Made by a program: the position numbers and the translations under genes. From IMG/VR virus record IMGVR_UViG_3300045988_055689: a stretch of 50,962 bases of DNA; one strand, written 5' to 3'. This DNA is from a virus. Under the pieces are notes generated by a model that saw only the letters and a program-made list of their open reading frames with translations, was not told the DNA's origin and ran no database searches. Below, in pieces: positions 22,580 to 32,337 of the stretch. Position 1 is the stretch's first letter. Every line of letters starts with the position of its first letter.

Positions 22580-23878
22580 TCATAAGGTGGTAAGTTCCAG
22601 CATACACAGACGTTCCTCATGGTCCGCCAACATATCAAGCGTTAATATGGTTTCCTCTTCTTGATTTTGCGTATTATCAACATATACCCCAAGGTTGACA
22701 GCCAAGTTAAAAAATGCATCATCAGGAGTTTCACATACCCGCTTTTGAAGGGAATAAATTGTTGTAGCAGAGCTGGAAACCGCAAGAAATTTATCGTCTG
22801 CATAAATTATTTGTGTCCATGATTTTGAAGCTGGAAGTGTGCCAGCCGCCCACGTTATTCCATCTTTGCTGTAAGCAAAAGTATTTTTATTTGCGGCAAC
22901 AAACTGTCCATCACCAAATGTCAATACAGTGTAGGTATCAGTCGTCGGCAGTGCTTCCTGATTGAACCAGGAAATCCCGTCCTCACTATATGCTGCTTGC
23001 CCGTTATTACCAACGGCCACAAATTTTCCATTACCATAGGCAATTGCGAATTTATTATCACTAGTTCCTGTTACTACTGTGCCTTGCGTCCAGCTAACTC
23101 CATCTGTGCTGTAATAAGGTAATGTACCAAAAGCGACAAATTTTCCATTACCATAACCAAGCGCGTTCATACTAATATAACTGAGAGTTCCGCCGGAATA
23201 CCATGTAACTCCATCTTGGCTATACACAAAACGGGTATGGGACGAGTCAAGATAAAACGAAACAAATTTATCGTTTCCATAGCATAGGTTTTCAAATGTT
23301 CCTGTGTAAGGCATCGTTGTATGCGACCAATTTGTGCCATTCTCACTGTACAGGACAAGGTTGGTGGTAGGCCCTGTTACAACAAATTTACCGGCTCCAA
23401 AGGCGACCGCTCGCGCTTCAAACGGTACCGGAAATGCTGCATGCGTCCATGTGATGCCATCTGTACTCACAAAGGCCCCCATTGTGTACGCCCTGGAAAC
23501 TGCTACGAATACTCCGTTTCCATATGCAACGCCTTCGCAAAGTGCATCTGTTCCAAGAGTGCCTATTTTCCAGGACAAAGGCAGTTGATTATACATCTCC
23601 GCTGTCTCAGCGCTGAGAAGATCATCTTTGCTTAGAATAGGCCCAACAACATTATCCTCGACATAGCCAAGAATTTGCCCTGCGGAGCCGTCTGGGAGAC
23701 TGCCTCCGCCAGAACCAGACTCCTCCGTAAACTCAATCGTGTACGGGCCTGCTCCAAGGGATTCGGACATGGAAGCATTCCCGCTTCCGGCCACAGTAAT
23801 TGCCTGATTCGCTCTTGCGATTCCCTTGTCAATTTCCGGTCCCGTGTAGGCCCCGCTATACCCTTCCGTTGTCGGCAT
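22580..23878 (-). CDS. Beta-propeller repeat tail protein (putative receptor-binding protein)
   Basis: 432 aa with about 7 repeats of the (Y/F)G(N/A/D)GKFVA(V/F) motif. Confidence 0.55.
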   Translation of the reverse strand: MPTTEGYSGAYTGPEIDKGIARANQAITVAGSGNASMSESLGAGPYTIEFTEESGSGGGSLPDGSAGQILGYVEDNVVGPILSKDDLLSAETAEMYNQLPLSWKIGTLGTDALCEGVAYGNGVFVAVSRAYTMGAFVSTDGITWTHAAFPVPFEARAVAFGAGKFVVTGPTTNLVLYSENGTNWSHTTMPYTGTFENLCYGNDKFVSFYLDSSHTRFVYSQDGVTWYSGGTLSYISMNALGYGNGKFVAFGTLPYYSTDGVSWTQGTVVTGTSDNKFAIAYGNGKFVAVGNNGQAAYSEDGISWFNQEALPTTDTYTVLTFGDGQFVAANKNTFAYSKDGITWAAGTLPASKSWTQIIYADDKFLAVSSSATTIYSLQKRVCETPDDAFFNLAVNLGVYVDNTQNQEEETILTLDMLADHEERLCMLELTTL

Positions 23879-23879
23879 G

Positions 23880-24257
23880 TTATCCCTCCCTCATGCAGAG
23901 ATATGGCTCCCCATCAGCAGTAATGTAGGCTGTGCTGCCAACAGGGATGTAATAGTGGTTGTCGTTCCAGCTCCCGTCTTCCCCCTGTGCAAAGAGGGAA
24001 ATGCGATAGCTCCCATCTCCGTGTACCAGATAATCATCGTACACCTCGAAACTCCGCTGTGTGTTCGCCGGGGTGGCGGAGAAGGACGCGATCAGCGCCC
24101 CCTTCCCCACGCCGTACTCCTCCCCAGCCTTCGTAGCCCGGCACTCAAACGCCTGATAGGGAATATCCGACTGAAACGCCACAATGATATAATCAAAGCC
24201 AGACACAGCGGAGACCTTTTCCCCGGAAATAGAAAATGTCAGCTTTGGGGCCGCCAT
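23880..24257 (-). CDS. Hypothetical tail-module protein
   Basis: Start at MAAPKLTF (TAATG overlap with the upstream stop). Confidence 0.45.
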   Translation of the reverse strand: MAAPKLTFSISGEKVSAVSGFDYIIVAFQSDIPYQAFECRATKAGEEYGVGKGALIASFSATPANTQRSFEVYDDYLVHGDGSYRISLFAQGEDGSWNDNHYYIPVGSTAYITADGEPYLCMREG

Positions 24258-24919
24258 TATGCCACGCTCCAAATGCCTGCGGCGGTCTTGACGAAGACCT
24301 TGACAATCTTCACGCCGTCTCCGGTAGACGCGCTCTCCAAATCGGTTCCGTTAATCGTAACCTGGATATTGGTGGTGGCGGGATAATTGCCCTCGTTTCC
24401 GCTGGTGTTGATGGAGCCGCCAGTGGTGGGGATCAGTGTGCCCGCATCCTGCTCGCTGGAATTGGCAGGAACCACGCAAACCTTGTACTCGTCAAACTCC
24501 ACGTCGGAAGTGAAGTTGATGATGGAGGTGTTGAAGCCCGTAATCTTGGAAATCTTGCTCTTGTCCGGGCCGGTGACTGTGACCACGGGAACAGCGGTGT
24601 TGAGGGTAATATCGTCGGTAACTTCGGCGCTCTCGTTGCCCACATCGTCACGAACCTTGATGTGTACGGTTTTGAGGCCGTCCCCGGTGGTCAGGTTGAC
24701 GCTCTTACTGGTGGCGAAGGTCTCCCAGCTGGCGGACGCTTCCTCCGCAACACCATCAATTCCCCAAATTTTCATCTGGTAGCCGGTGGTCTGCTCGTCG
24801 CTGACTCCAATAGTCAGCTTTACCGCTGTACTGGTCGCATACAGTGCTCCATCATTGATTTGCAGTGTTAGGCCAGACGGTGCGGTAGTATCAAGAGTTA
24901 GGTTAAAATAGCTTGCCAT
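24257..24919 (-). CDS. Ig-like/fibronectin-like tail-module protein
   Basis: 220 aa with beta-rich, Thr/Val-rich composition. Confidence 0.45.
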   Translation of the reverse strand: MASYFNLTLDTTAPSGLTLQINDGALYATSTAVKLTIGVSDEQTTGYQMKIWGIDGVAEEASASWETFATSKSVNLTTGDGLKTVHIKVRDDVGNESAEVTDDITLNTAVPVVTVTGPDKSKISKITGFNTSIINFTSDVEFDEYKVCVVPANSSEQDAGTLIPTTGGSINTSGNEGNYPATTNIQVTINGTDLESASTGDGVKIVKVFVKTAAGIWSVA

Positions 24920-25063
24920 TTACTGACTCTCCTTTGTGTCAAGTTGGATATATACATAGGCCCCTGGCCTTTCATAAACATTCTCGCTGCCGGCCATGAT
25001 GGTTTTAATCCCCATCTCTCCCAGCATCAAGGTCTCTATGGTCTCTGTTCCTGCATAAATCAT
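24920..25063 (-). CDS. 47-aa hypothetical protein
   Basis: Translated by hand: MIYAGTETIETLMLGEMGIKTIMAGSENVYERPGAYVYIQLDTKESQ. RBS GGGGGTAG. Confidence 0.35.
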   Translation of the reverse strand: MIYAGTETIETLMLGEMGIKTIMAGSENVYERPGAYVYIQLDTKESQ

Positions 25064-25067
25064 TTTG

Positions 25068-25745
25068 CTACCCCCGAATCAGATAGAGCGTGGTTGGGTT
25101 CTTTATGGGAAGCTCCTCATATTCCTGCCTGTCCATCACACGAATCACTGATATCTCCGGAGATGATACATTGCCAGACCCAGAGCCGCCCAGAATCCAC
25201 TCCGCAGCGCCGTCCAGAATGCCCAGAAACTTTCCTTCGTCCTCTGGGGTAATCTCCGGCACTCCATCTCCGGGCGGTCCCTGTGGCCCCTCCGGGCCTG
25301 GTTCTCCGTCAAACTTTCCGGCATCCGCGTCATCCCGCACGCTCTGCGCAATCTTTTCCGCCTGTTCGGCGGCTTCTAAAATCTGACTGTACACATCTGG
25401 TGTGGGAGGCTGCGCGTTGCTGCCCAGCGACACGCCCTCCCGGATTTCTCCCAGCTGCGCCCAGATGGTGGGGAGAACGACTGTGCCGCCCTTTGTTCCA
25501 TATACGCCAACCGACAGGTTTCGTCCTGGATTCTCCAATACCTCCCACGGAATTTGGCACTCGTTGGAGTCGTCCAACACCACGGAAATTTGATCGTCGC
25601 CCGCGTGGAATACCGCCGTCCTGTCCAGGCCATCCCAATCCGAGTTGAAGGAAAATCGAACCGTGTAGACATTAACGGAACCACTGGTCACGCCCTCTTT
25701 TGCGCAGACTTCCAAATATATTTTGTTGGCTTGTAAATGGAACAT
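25068..25745 (-). CDS. BppU-like baseplate/fibre protein with short collagen-like segment
   Basis: Contains GEPGPEGPQGPPGDG. The N-terminal beta domain resembles baseplate upper proteins. Confidence 0.45.
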   Translation of the reverse strand: MFHLQANKIYLEVCAKEGVTSGSVNVYTVRFSFNSDWDGLDRTAVFHAGDDQISVVLDDSNECQIPWEVLENPGRNLSVGVYGTKGGTVVLPTIWAQLGEIREGVSLGSNAQPPTPDVYSQILEAAEQAEKIAQSVRDDADAGKFDGEPGPEGPQGPPGDGVPEITPEDEGKFLGILDGAAEWILGGSGSGNVSSPEISVIRVMDRQEYEELPIKNPTTLYLIRG

Positions 25746-25762
25746 GACGCCCTCCTCACGTT

Positions 25763-26590
25763 TCAGACATAGAAAAGGAGCACCTGATAAGGTCTGCCTT
25801 GTTCAAATTTGCACCTTGTACCGCTTGTCCTCTGATAAGGGACAAAGATATCCAGCATTCCAGTCTGCGTCATTCCAAGAACGACACTGGAATTGGATGG
25901 TGTTGGACTGCTTGTGGTTAAATACTCTATTTCTGATGTAATCATATAATCGTTTCCACACAAAGCGGAGCCTGTTCCAAAAATGGAAAGCATGAAAGCT
26001 GATCCATCTTCATAAGGAGCACCATTGCTTAAATAAACCATGACTGCTATCGGGAAACCGGTGCCTGCATATGTTACTCGAATTTGGTTGGAACCAGAGC
26101 CCGTTATTTCTGATGCAAGTATCTTGAAGAACTGTCCTGTACCACTCACCTTTACCCCCGCCTCGCTGGTAAAGGTCTTTCCAAATAGAACGTCTGCGGC
26201 GGTGGCGTTGCCGAAGTCAGATGCTGGAATACGAAAACCATATTGAATCGGAAAGCGCGCAACATGACCAGGATAATTACTATTTGAGTAATTGGCTACA
26301 CATTCAATATTTCCGTCTTTAAGAATGGGAGTATAACCACTTCCGGACAAAACAAAATTCGATGTTTCTACAAGCGTCCCCGTCACAATCTCGCCATTCT
26401 GGTCAATCAGTTGTTTCCCCTGTGCCATATCTGCCGCCGTGCCGGGATTTGTCAATGTTGGAAGCTGCGTCCCCGTCTCAATCGCCGCGATTCTCGCCGG
26501 GAAATCATTGGCAACAATAGGGTCGGACGAGCCCTCTTTTGCTCGAATGGCATTCGCAATCGCTTTCAGCTTGTCTCCCTGAGTACTCAA
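25763..26590 (-). CDS. Tail fibre protein (paralogous N-terminus to 21210-21707)
   Basis: TTG start overlapping the upstream TGA (TTGA). Contains LKAIANAIRAKEG and LPTLTNPGTAADMAQGKQLIDQNGEIVTGT. Confidence 0.5.
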   Translation of the reverse strand: MSTQGDKLKAIANAIRAKEGSSDPIVANDFPARIAAIETGTQLPTLTNPGTAADMAQGKQLIDQNGEIVTGTLVETSNFVLSGSGYTPILKDGNIECVANYSNSNYPGHVARFPIQYGFRIPASDFGNATAADVLFGKTFTSEAGVKVSGTGQFFKILASEITGSGSNQIRVTYAGTGFPIAVMVYLSNGAPYEDGSAFMLSIFGTGSALCGNDYMITSEIEYLTTSSPTPSNSSVVLGMTQTGMLDIFVPYQRTSGTRCKFEQGRPYQVLLFYV

Positions 26591-27201
26591 TAGCTCGCCT
26601 CCCAACTGTCCAGAATCGCCGCCTGAATAGAGGTATCTGTGTAGCTCTTCGCGGAGTCCAGAATCCCGTCCGCGTAAGTAAAAATATCCGTGTTCTTGTT
26701 CCCGGTATCATAGATGCTTTTCAGCATGTCGCCGGAGCCGATGCCGTCCGCGCCATTGTACACGGTAAATGTTCCAATCGCTTCATCGTCTGAATCGTAC
26801 ATCGTGTAGGTGTCTGTGGTTCCCGCCGCTCCGGTGCCGCTGGTGCGTGTGATGCTCTTTACAGACGTTCCCTGCGGGCCGACCGGCCCCTCCGCCTGAA
26901 TGGTAGTATCTTCATAGGCCCCGGTTCCGCTGTTCCACACCTGCCAGAAGCCCGTCTCCTCGTTCACCTGGGGCGGGTGGGCTGTTACCTGCGCCGCCGC
27001 TTCTGCGGTCTCTGCGGCCTCCTGCGCTCTTTTCGCCGCATCCACAGCCGCTTGTACATTGGCGTTAGCTGCTTCCTTGGCAAATGACGCAACCTGCGCG
27101 CCCGTCACTTTGGAAGCCACTCCCTGCTGCTCCGCGACAAAGAGGGAGTCATTGTCGATGCTCTCCACTGCCGGGAGCGTGCTGATATTTTTATCGGCCA
27201 T
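26587..27201 (-). CDS. Tail fibre/neck protein
   Basis: Start at MADKNISTLPAVESIDNDSLF after GAAGGAGG. An Ala-rich coiled segment is present. Confidence 0.5.
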   Translation of the reverse strand: MADKNISTLPAVESIDNDSLFVAEQQGVASKVTGAQVASFAKEAANANVQAAVDAAKRAQEAAETAEAAAQVTAHPPQVNEETGFWQVWNSGTGAYEDTTIQAEGPVGPQGTSVKSITRTSGTGAAGTTDTYTMYDSDDEAIGTFTVYNGADGIGSGDMLKSIYDTGNKNTDIFTYADGILDSAKSYTDTSIQAAILDSWEASY

Positions 27202-27574
27202 CCGGGTCCTCCTTCTCGAAAGCCACAATCCCCTCCAGCGCTTCCAATGCTCCAGGAGAAATGCGAATCATATCCGTGTACTTGGAAAGGTCCACCACCG
27301 GAAATGTAATGCTGTCCTCCTGGTCCATCATTTCATCTCGGCGCTTCAAAAATTCGTTTAGGGCCTCTGAGTTCTGGAACTTGTAGTTTCCATTTGCCTT
27401 GATCTCTCCACCCATGTCGCGGACCAACGCCTGGTCCATGTTATAGACCGTCAAATACTCTTCATCCAACCGGGATTTCAGCTTTGCAAGCTGTCTCGCC
27501 GTCTTAAAGGGAAACGGGATTCCCGCTAACTCCATCATGGCTTTATGCGCTTCTGTAATCTTTCTGGGGGTCAT
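27191..27574 (-). CDS. Hypothetical tail-module protein
   Basis: 127-aa ORF. Confidence 0.45.
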   Translation of the reverse strand: MTPRKITEAHKAMMELAGIPFPFKTARQLAKLKSRLDEEYLTVYNMDQALVRDMGGEIKANGNYKFQNSEALNEFLKRRDEMMDQEDSITFPVVDLSKYTDMIRISPGALEALEGIVAFEKEDPDGR

Positions 27575-28965
27575 ACCGTCAACTCCTCAATCTTTCTTTC
27601 CAACTGCTGAATTTTCGCCGTCAGCACCGCGACAAACTCTCCATAAGAAAGGCCATACCGCCCCTCTTCATCCACAGACAGAGCCGCGAAATCATCCAAC
27701 GGCATCCCGATTTCATTCAAAATATCCTCCACATCCTGCGCGATAAAGCCCAGGTGACGCTTGGCTTCTTTCCCTTTATAGAGAAAGCTCACTGGGTTCA
27801 GCCGGTCAAACAGAGAGATATATTTTTCAGCAACATCATACCGAATGTCATCCTTTGCGTTTCGGTCAGAAGTCACATTCAGCTCCACATCTGATGTAAA
27901 GCGGTTTGCGTACACATTGACGGCATTTCGGGTGTCCAGTGTAATATTGGTTGCCACAACGACCTCGCCATTATCGGTGGTCATACGAACGCCGCCGCTG
28001 GTGGCGACTACTTGATTTTCACTGACAGCTTCAATCATGCCCATGCCATAGGTGCGGGAGCCATTGTAATCGTAGCTGGTCACATATCCGATGTAACCGC
28101 CCAGGTCCGCTCTATCGCTTAAATCCTCGTAAACCCGCATCTCGCCGCCCAGCCGGATATATTCTGCGGAGACCTCGCCAGTCAAAATATTGTCTCCGGA
28201 AATCATGGTGGAGCCATCGGTCAGGCTGGACTCAAACACCACATCACCAGTAAATCGAATGACCTGCGAGGCAACCGTAACGCCGCCCACAGAGAGATCA
28301 ATATACGAGCGGTCTGTGCCGTTTTGCACCGTGAGTGTGATGTTGTTCACCTTTTGCGAAATCGTGGAAACCTGTCCATTCAAACCCTGCACTGTGGATG
28401 TAATGCTATCCAACTGAACGGAAATGCTGGACGACAGACCTTCAATCTCGTTTTCCACTTCCAGACGGATTTCTTCCGCCGTTTTTGTGATTGTGGAACG
28501 GGTCTCTGCAATCTTGCGATTAAACTCCTGCGTCATGGGACCTGCGGAAGGGTACTCGTCCTCAAGCTCTACTTCTCCGGGGGCGGAGATGCTTGGGAAT
28601 CCCTCTCCGTCGTCCTCAAGTCTGGAAATGAAAGAATACAGGCCGCTAACAGTCACGCCGTCTCCAAGTTCAGCCGACGGGTCCAAATTGGCCGCATCCG
28701 CGGTAAACGACTGATACTCATAGCCTTGCAGCTGTGAAAGAATCGCGTTGACCATCGTCTGGGTTGCGTGGGGACAGGACGCCGTGATTTCAAGACCTGT
28801 ATCATCCCCTGCTGTCAATACATTTTCATCATCCACCATCAGTGTCACACGGGAGATGGGCTTATATTTCCCGGTATTCTCAAAGCCTGTGATGTCCAGG
28901 CCAACAAAGAATTTCTCAGACAATGATTCTGTCACCTCCAAAGGTGATGGTGTCTCCATGTTCAT
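27571..28965 (-). CDS. Tail-associated fibre protein with C-terminal Peptidase_S74 intramolecular chaperone domain (true start uncertain)
   Basis: SDRNAKDDIRYDV...LNPVSFLYK...HLGFIAQDVE is the S74 auto-processing signature. The N-terminal region continues the Tal-like fold of the upstream ORF. Confidence 0.7.
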   Translation of the reverse strand: MNMETPSPLEVTESLSEKFFVGLDITGFENTGKYKPISRVTLMVDDENVLTAGDDTGLEITASCPHATQTMVNAILSQLQGYEYQSFTADAANLDPSAELGDGVTVSGLYSFISRLEDDGEGFPSISAPGEVELEDEYPSAGPMTQEFNRKIAETRSTITKTAEEIRLEVENEIEGLSSSISVQLDSITSTVQGLNGQVSTISQKVNNITLTVQNGTDRSYIDLSVGGVTVASQVIRFTGDVVFESSLTDGSTMISGDNILTGEVSAEYIRLGGEMRVYEDLSDRADLGGYIGYVTSYDYNGSRTYGMGMIEAVSENQVVATSGGVRMTTDNGEVVVATNITLDTRNAVNVYANRFTSDVELNVTSDRNAKDDIRYDVAEKYISLFDRLNPVSFLYKGKEAKRHLGFIAQDVEDILNEIGMPLDDFAALSVDEEGRYGLSYGEFVAVLTAKIQQLERKIEELTV

Positions 28966-29593
28966 CCACCAAATAATTTGTTTCCGAAGGGGCCGACAGA
29001 AGCGGAACCAGATACAGCGTGTTTGCGTCTGTTATCATCCAGTTCCCCGCATGGGCGGCGGCGATAAAACACAGCTCGTTCCGGATGGTGTAATCATTGG
29101 CCGGGTAGTCGATGGTGTAGTTGGCGTCCAGCGCCGTCCGGCTGTCCAGCGTTACTCCCAGAATGCGGCAGAACTCCGCAACAGCGTCCGGCATGGTCAT
29201 GGGAAATTCCAGGCTCTGGTCCGGCTCCCAAACCACCTCCGCCTTGCGCATGGCGTCATAGGCTTCCAGCGTCCAATAGCCGTCGTCCTCGCTCCTGCGG
29301 TTGGTGAAGAATGTGCCCTTCGGAATCCATTCGGAAACCTGTGTCCCATTTTTCAGGCGGATATACCGCTTGATGGTCGCCGCCTTTGGAATGTTGTCCG
29401 CAAAAAGGCTGATTTTCAAGCTGGCGGTGTATGCGTTGCCAATTCCGAAATCCTCAAACAGGCCGTTGCTGTAAGAGTGCTCCACTTCCTGATCTGGACC
29501 GTACTCAACGCCATTAATCTCAAACTTGTATTCCCGCTCTGTGTTTGGCATCCTCCAAAGGCTTTTCCACAGTTCGCTTGTCGTCTGTGCCAT
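28916..29593 (-). CDS. Tail-tip (Tal/gp27-like) N-terminal protein
   Basis: Start at MAQTTSELWKSLW. It sits between the Dit-like gene and the fibre gene. Confidence 0.5.
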   Translation of the reverse strand: MAQTTSELWKSLWRMPNTEREYKFEINGVEYGPDQEVEHSYSNGLFEDFGIGNAYTASLKISLFADNIPKAATIKRYIRLKNGTQVSEWIPKGTFFTNRRSEDDGYWTLEAYDAMRKAEVVWEPDQSLEFPMTMPDAVAEFCRILGVTLDSRTALDANYTIDYPANDYTIRNELCFIAAAHAGNWMITDANTLYLVPLLSAPSETNYLVDEHGDTITFGGDRIIV

Positions 29594-29595
29594 AG

Positions 29596-29964
29596 CTACA
29601 CCTCTATGATATTGAAAGACGCTCCCTCCCAAATATCAGTATCGCCGTCCCATACTTCACTGATATTGGCGCTGAACGAGGAACAGTAAAATGTCTTGGT
29701 CATGGTACCATGTAGATCACGGTATGTAGCTGGAAATGTGGCGGAGCTTAAATCGTCATCCAACTGCGCTAAAAGATTTTGGTTCATTTCCAGCATGGTA
29801 TAAGACAGCTTTCGCTTGGTTGTAATTTTATGGCGGCGCATTTTCCCATTTTTTGTGCGGATCGTTTTATCGCTGTCTAGGTCCTCCCTGCTCCAGCCAA
29901 AGCCTTTGCTCTTCACATATGGGGAATAGTCGTGCCCGTTAATTTTCAAAATCTCCATATCCAC
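29596..29964 (-). CDS. Short distal-tail-protein-like protein
   Basis: 122 aa, immediately 3' of the tape measure gene. Confidence 0.4.
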   Translation of the reverse strand: MDMEILKINGHDYSPYVKSKGFGWSREDLDSDKTIRTKNGKMRRHKITTKRKLSYTMLEMNQNLLAQLDDDLSSATFPATYRDLHGTMTKTFYCSSFSANISEVWDGDTDIWEGASFNIIEV

Positions 29965-29965
29965 C

Positions 29966-32302
29966 TCAGAAGTTTAGAACCGGCTTTCCGGCTTGCTGTG
30001 TCATGCGATTGATCTGCGGAACGATGACCTTTGCAAGTGTACGGCCGTCCACCACAAGGTTGATTGTCTGCGTTCCGCCAGATGTAATTCCAATTTCTCG
30101 CATTGCCTGCACCAACGCCTGCTGAATCGTATCAAGCGGCGCTTCAATGTTGGTTCCGCTCCGCTGATCTCCTAAAACTGCTAGAAATTCGCGGTTAGGG
30201 GGAATGACGGCACCAGTAGCTAATGCAGGAACTGAACCGCGCGGCAAAGATATATCTCTAGTTGCGGCTCGGTAATTTACAGAATACTCAGCAGAAACCT
30301 TTTTTTTCGTTCCGCTGAATTGACCTGTAATCCATCCAACTTTTTCTGATACCCAGCTAGAAACACTGGTCCAAATACTTTTTAAACCATCCAGCAGTCC
30401 ATTTAAAATGTCTTGTCCAAGCCCTTTCCAAAAGTCCAAAGTAAAATACTGAGCAACATTTGTTTTCCACCAATTTTTGATATTTGCCCACACTTCTTTG
30501 AACTTATCTAAAATGAAATTCCAGTTTGGTGCAATCTCAGAAAAGGCAACTGCGCCGATTCCAGCAAGCATCATACCAATACCAACGCCTTGCATCCCAG
30601 GTACAAACATCATAATTACGCCAATTACAAAGAGGAATCGACCTATTTCATGCAAAATATTCGATAATGCCAAAATAACATCTGTTTTTAAGAGGTCCCA
30701 ATTAAGTGCAGTTTCGCCTACAGCAAATAAGGAAATTCCGGCAATTAAGAATCCAACGCCAAGTGCAATCCTTCCAACGCAAAGAAATACAACACCAATA
30801 ATTGCAAGCATTTTCCCAACTTCTACTGCAATGTTGCTTAGAACTGTTACAATCTTTTGCTGCAACGTCATGCCATTATCATCTTCCACAGAGGCTACTT
30901 CAAACAATGCAATGCCTGCAATTATGAGCGAAACCCCTTGCAATAGTTGTCCCATACAAATTAGAACTACTCCCAAAACAGCAATGAGAGGGCCTATTAC
31001 TTTTGCTGCTTCCAGCAGTCTTAACTTGATATTTTCCGCAAAATTACCTTCATCTCCTGCTGCTGCGCCCACAGAAAATATAGAAATTCCCGCTAGAATC
31101 ATGCCAATTCCAACCAAAAAATGGCCTGTAATAACAAGAATTACACCTATAACCGCAATAAACGCTCCAACAATTTCAAGAATTGTATCTAGCCCTCTTT
31201 CCACTAAAGCTGCTGCCAATCCTGGATTTGATGTTGCTGCATCCCAGATTGCAAGGGCACCCAGCACCATAAGACCAATTCCCAGAAGAACATGAACTCC
31301 TGTAAAAGTGAGAATTGCGCCTAGTGCCAAAAGCGCTGCACCCGTAAACAATTCAACAATCCCCAACAATTGGTCACTGATCGAACCGCGAAAATCAGGT
31401 GAAATCGTATCTAAAGAACCAGTCCCCCCACCAGAACCGATAGAAGAGCTATTAGATAACTGATTGATCTCGTCAAATCCAGCCAATGATCCAGCAGCTT
31501 TTTCCGCCGCAGAACCCACACTCTCTATTGCATTTGCCTCGTTATAAAGGTTTTCTGCTGCTTCCGCAGACTGTTCAGCTGTTGTACCAAAAAGAGCAGA
31601 AACAACTTTTGCAACCGCAGAAACTATCCTAGATAGCACATTTACAAATGCTGTAAATGCTGGTATAATCACGTTTACTAAGGGCTGTACTAATGTAAGG
31701 AGGGCTCCCTTTAATCTACCGATGGCCGCAGTCGCTTCATCATTGGTTTTAATGACCTTTCCAAACCATTCTCGCAGAGAGGCAAGTCCCTGAGAGATCA
31801 CTGTAAAAATCAACGCGCTTCGTACCACTTCTCGTAGTCTCATGGAAAACTTTCCTGCGTTCTTTTGCATCCGCTCCATGGCCTGTGACATTCTTTCTGT
31901 GTTTGGTCCAGAAGATGCAAGTTGTTTTTGAATATCTCCCGCTCTTTCTTTGGTCAGATTAAGGGCAATGTTGCTTTTCTCAATAGAAGCATCATAGCTT
32001 TCTACCTTTTTCTGCACAGCATCCCATTCTTTTTGGAGCTGCTTTACCTTTTCTGCCTGTTGATTGATACTAGAAGATGTGAAAAACTCGCCACCGCTTT
32101 TCATGCTTTCTAGTTTTGCTTTTGCAGCATCCAGCTCTGCACCAAGCTGCTTAGATTGTTCAATCAACGGCATTTGTTGTTGCTGCTTAATATAAATCTG
32201 GTCGTTTAAACTCTCAATTTTTTTGTTTAGTTTGTTCAGTTCTTGTTGCGCCTTTTTATTATCAAGATCAACATCAATTACGATAGAGCCATCAGCGGCC
32301 AT
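29966..32302 (-). CDS. Tape measure protein
   Basis: 778 aa. N-terminal coiled coil and five to six Gly/Ala/Ile-rich hydrophobic repeats (for example LVGIGMILAGISIFSVGAAA). Its position in the tail module fits. Confidence 0.85.
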   Translation of the reverse strand: MAADGSIVIDVDLDNKKAQQELNKLNKKIESLNDQIYIKQQQQMPLIEQSKQLGAELDAAKAKLESMKSGGEFFTSSSINQQAEKVKQLQKEWDAVQKKVESYDASIEKSNIALNLTKERAGDIQKQLASSGPNTERMSQAMERMQKNAGKFSMRLREVVRSALIFTVISQGLASLREWFGKVIKTNDEATAAIGRLKGALLTLVQPLVNVIIPAFTAFVNVLSRIVSAVAKVVSALFGTTAEQSAEAAENLYNEANAIESVGSAAEKAAGSLAGFDEINQLSNSSSIGSGGGTGSLDTISPDFRGSISDQLLGIVELFTGAALLALGAILTFTGVHVLLGIGLMVLGALAIWDAATSNPGLAAALVERGLDTILEIVGAFIAVIGVILVITGHFLVGIGMILAGISIFSVGAAAGDEGNFAENIKLRLLEAAKVIGPLIAVLGVVLICMGQLLQGVSLIIAGIALFEVASVEDDNGMTLQQKIVTVLSNIAVEVGKMLAIIGVVFLCVGRIALGVGFLIAGISLFAVGETALNWDLLKTDVILALSNILHEIGRFLFVIGVIMMFVPGMQGVGIGMMLAGIGAVAFSEIAPNWNFILDKFKEVWANIKNWWKTNVAQYFTLDFWKGLGQDILNGLLDGLKSIWTSVSSWVSEKVGWITGQFSGTKKKVSAEYSVNYRAATRDISLPRGSVPALATGAVIPPNREFLAVLGDQRSGTNIEAPLDTIQQALVQAMREIGITSGGTQTINLVVDGRTLAKVIVPQINRMTQQAGKPVLNF

Positions 32303-32337
32303 AAGATCACCACCTTAATTTTTTGTGGAGGGGAAAA

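Noticed and set aside
30477-31295. 272-aa plus-strand ORF inside the tape measure gene
   Set aside because: This is a shadow ORF caused by the GCN/ATT-rich hydrophobic repeats of the tape measure protein.
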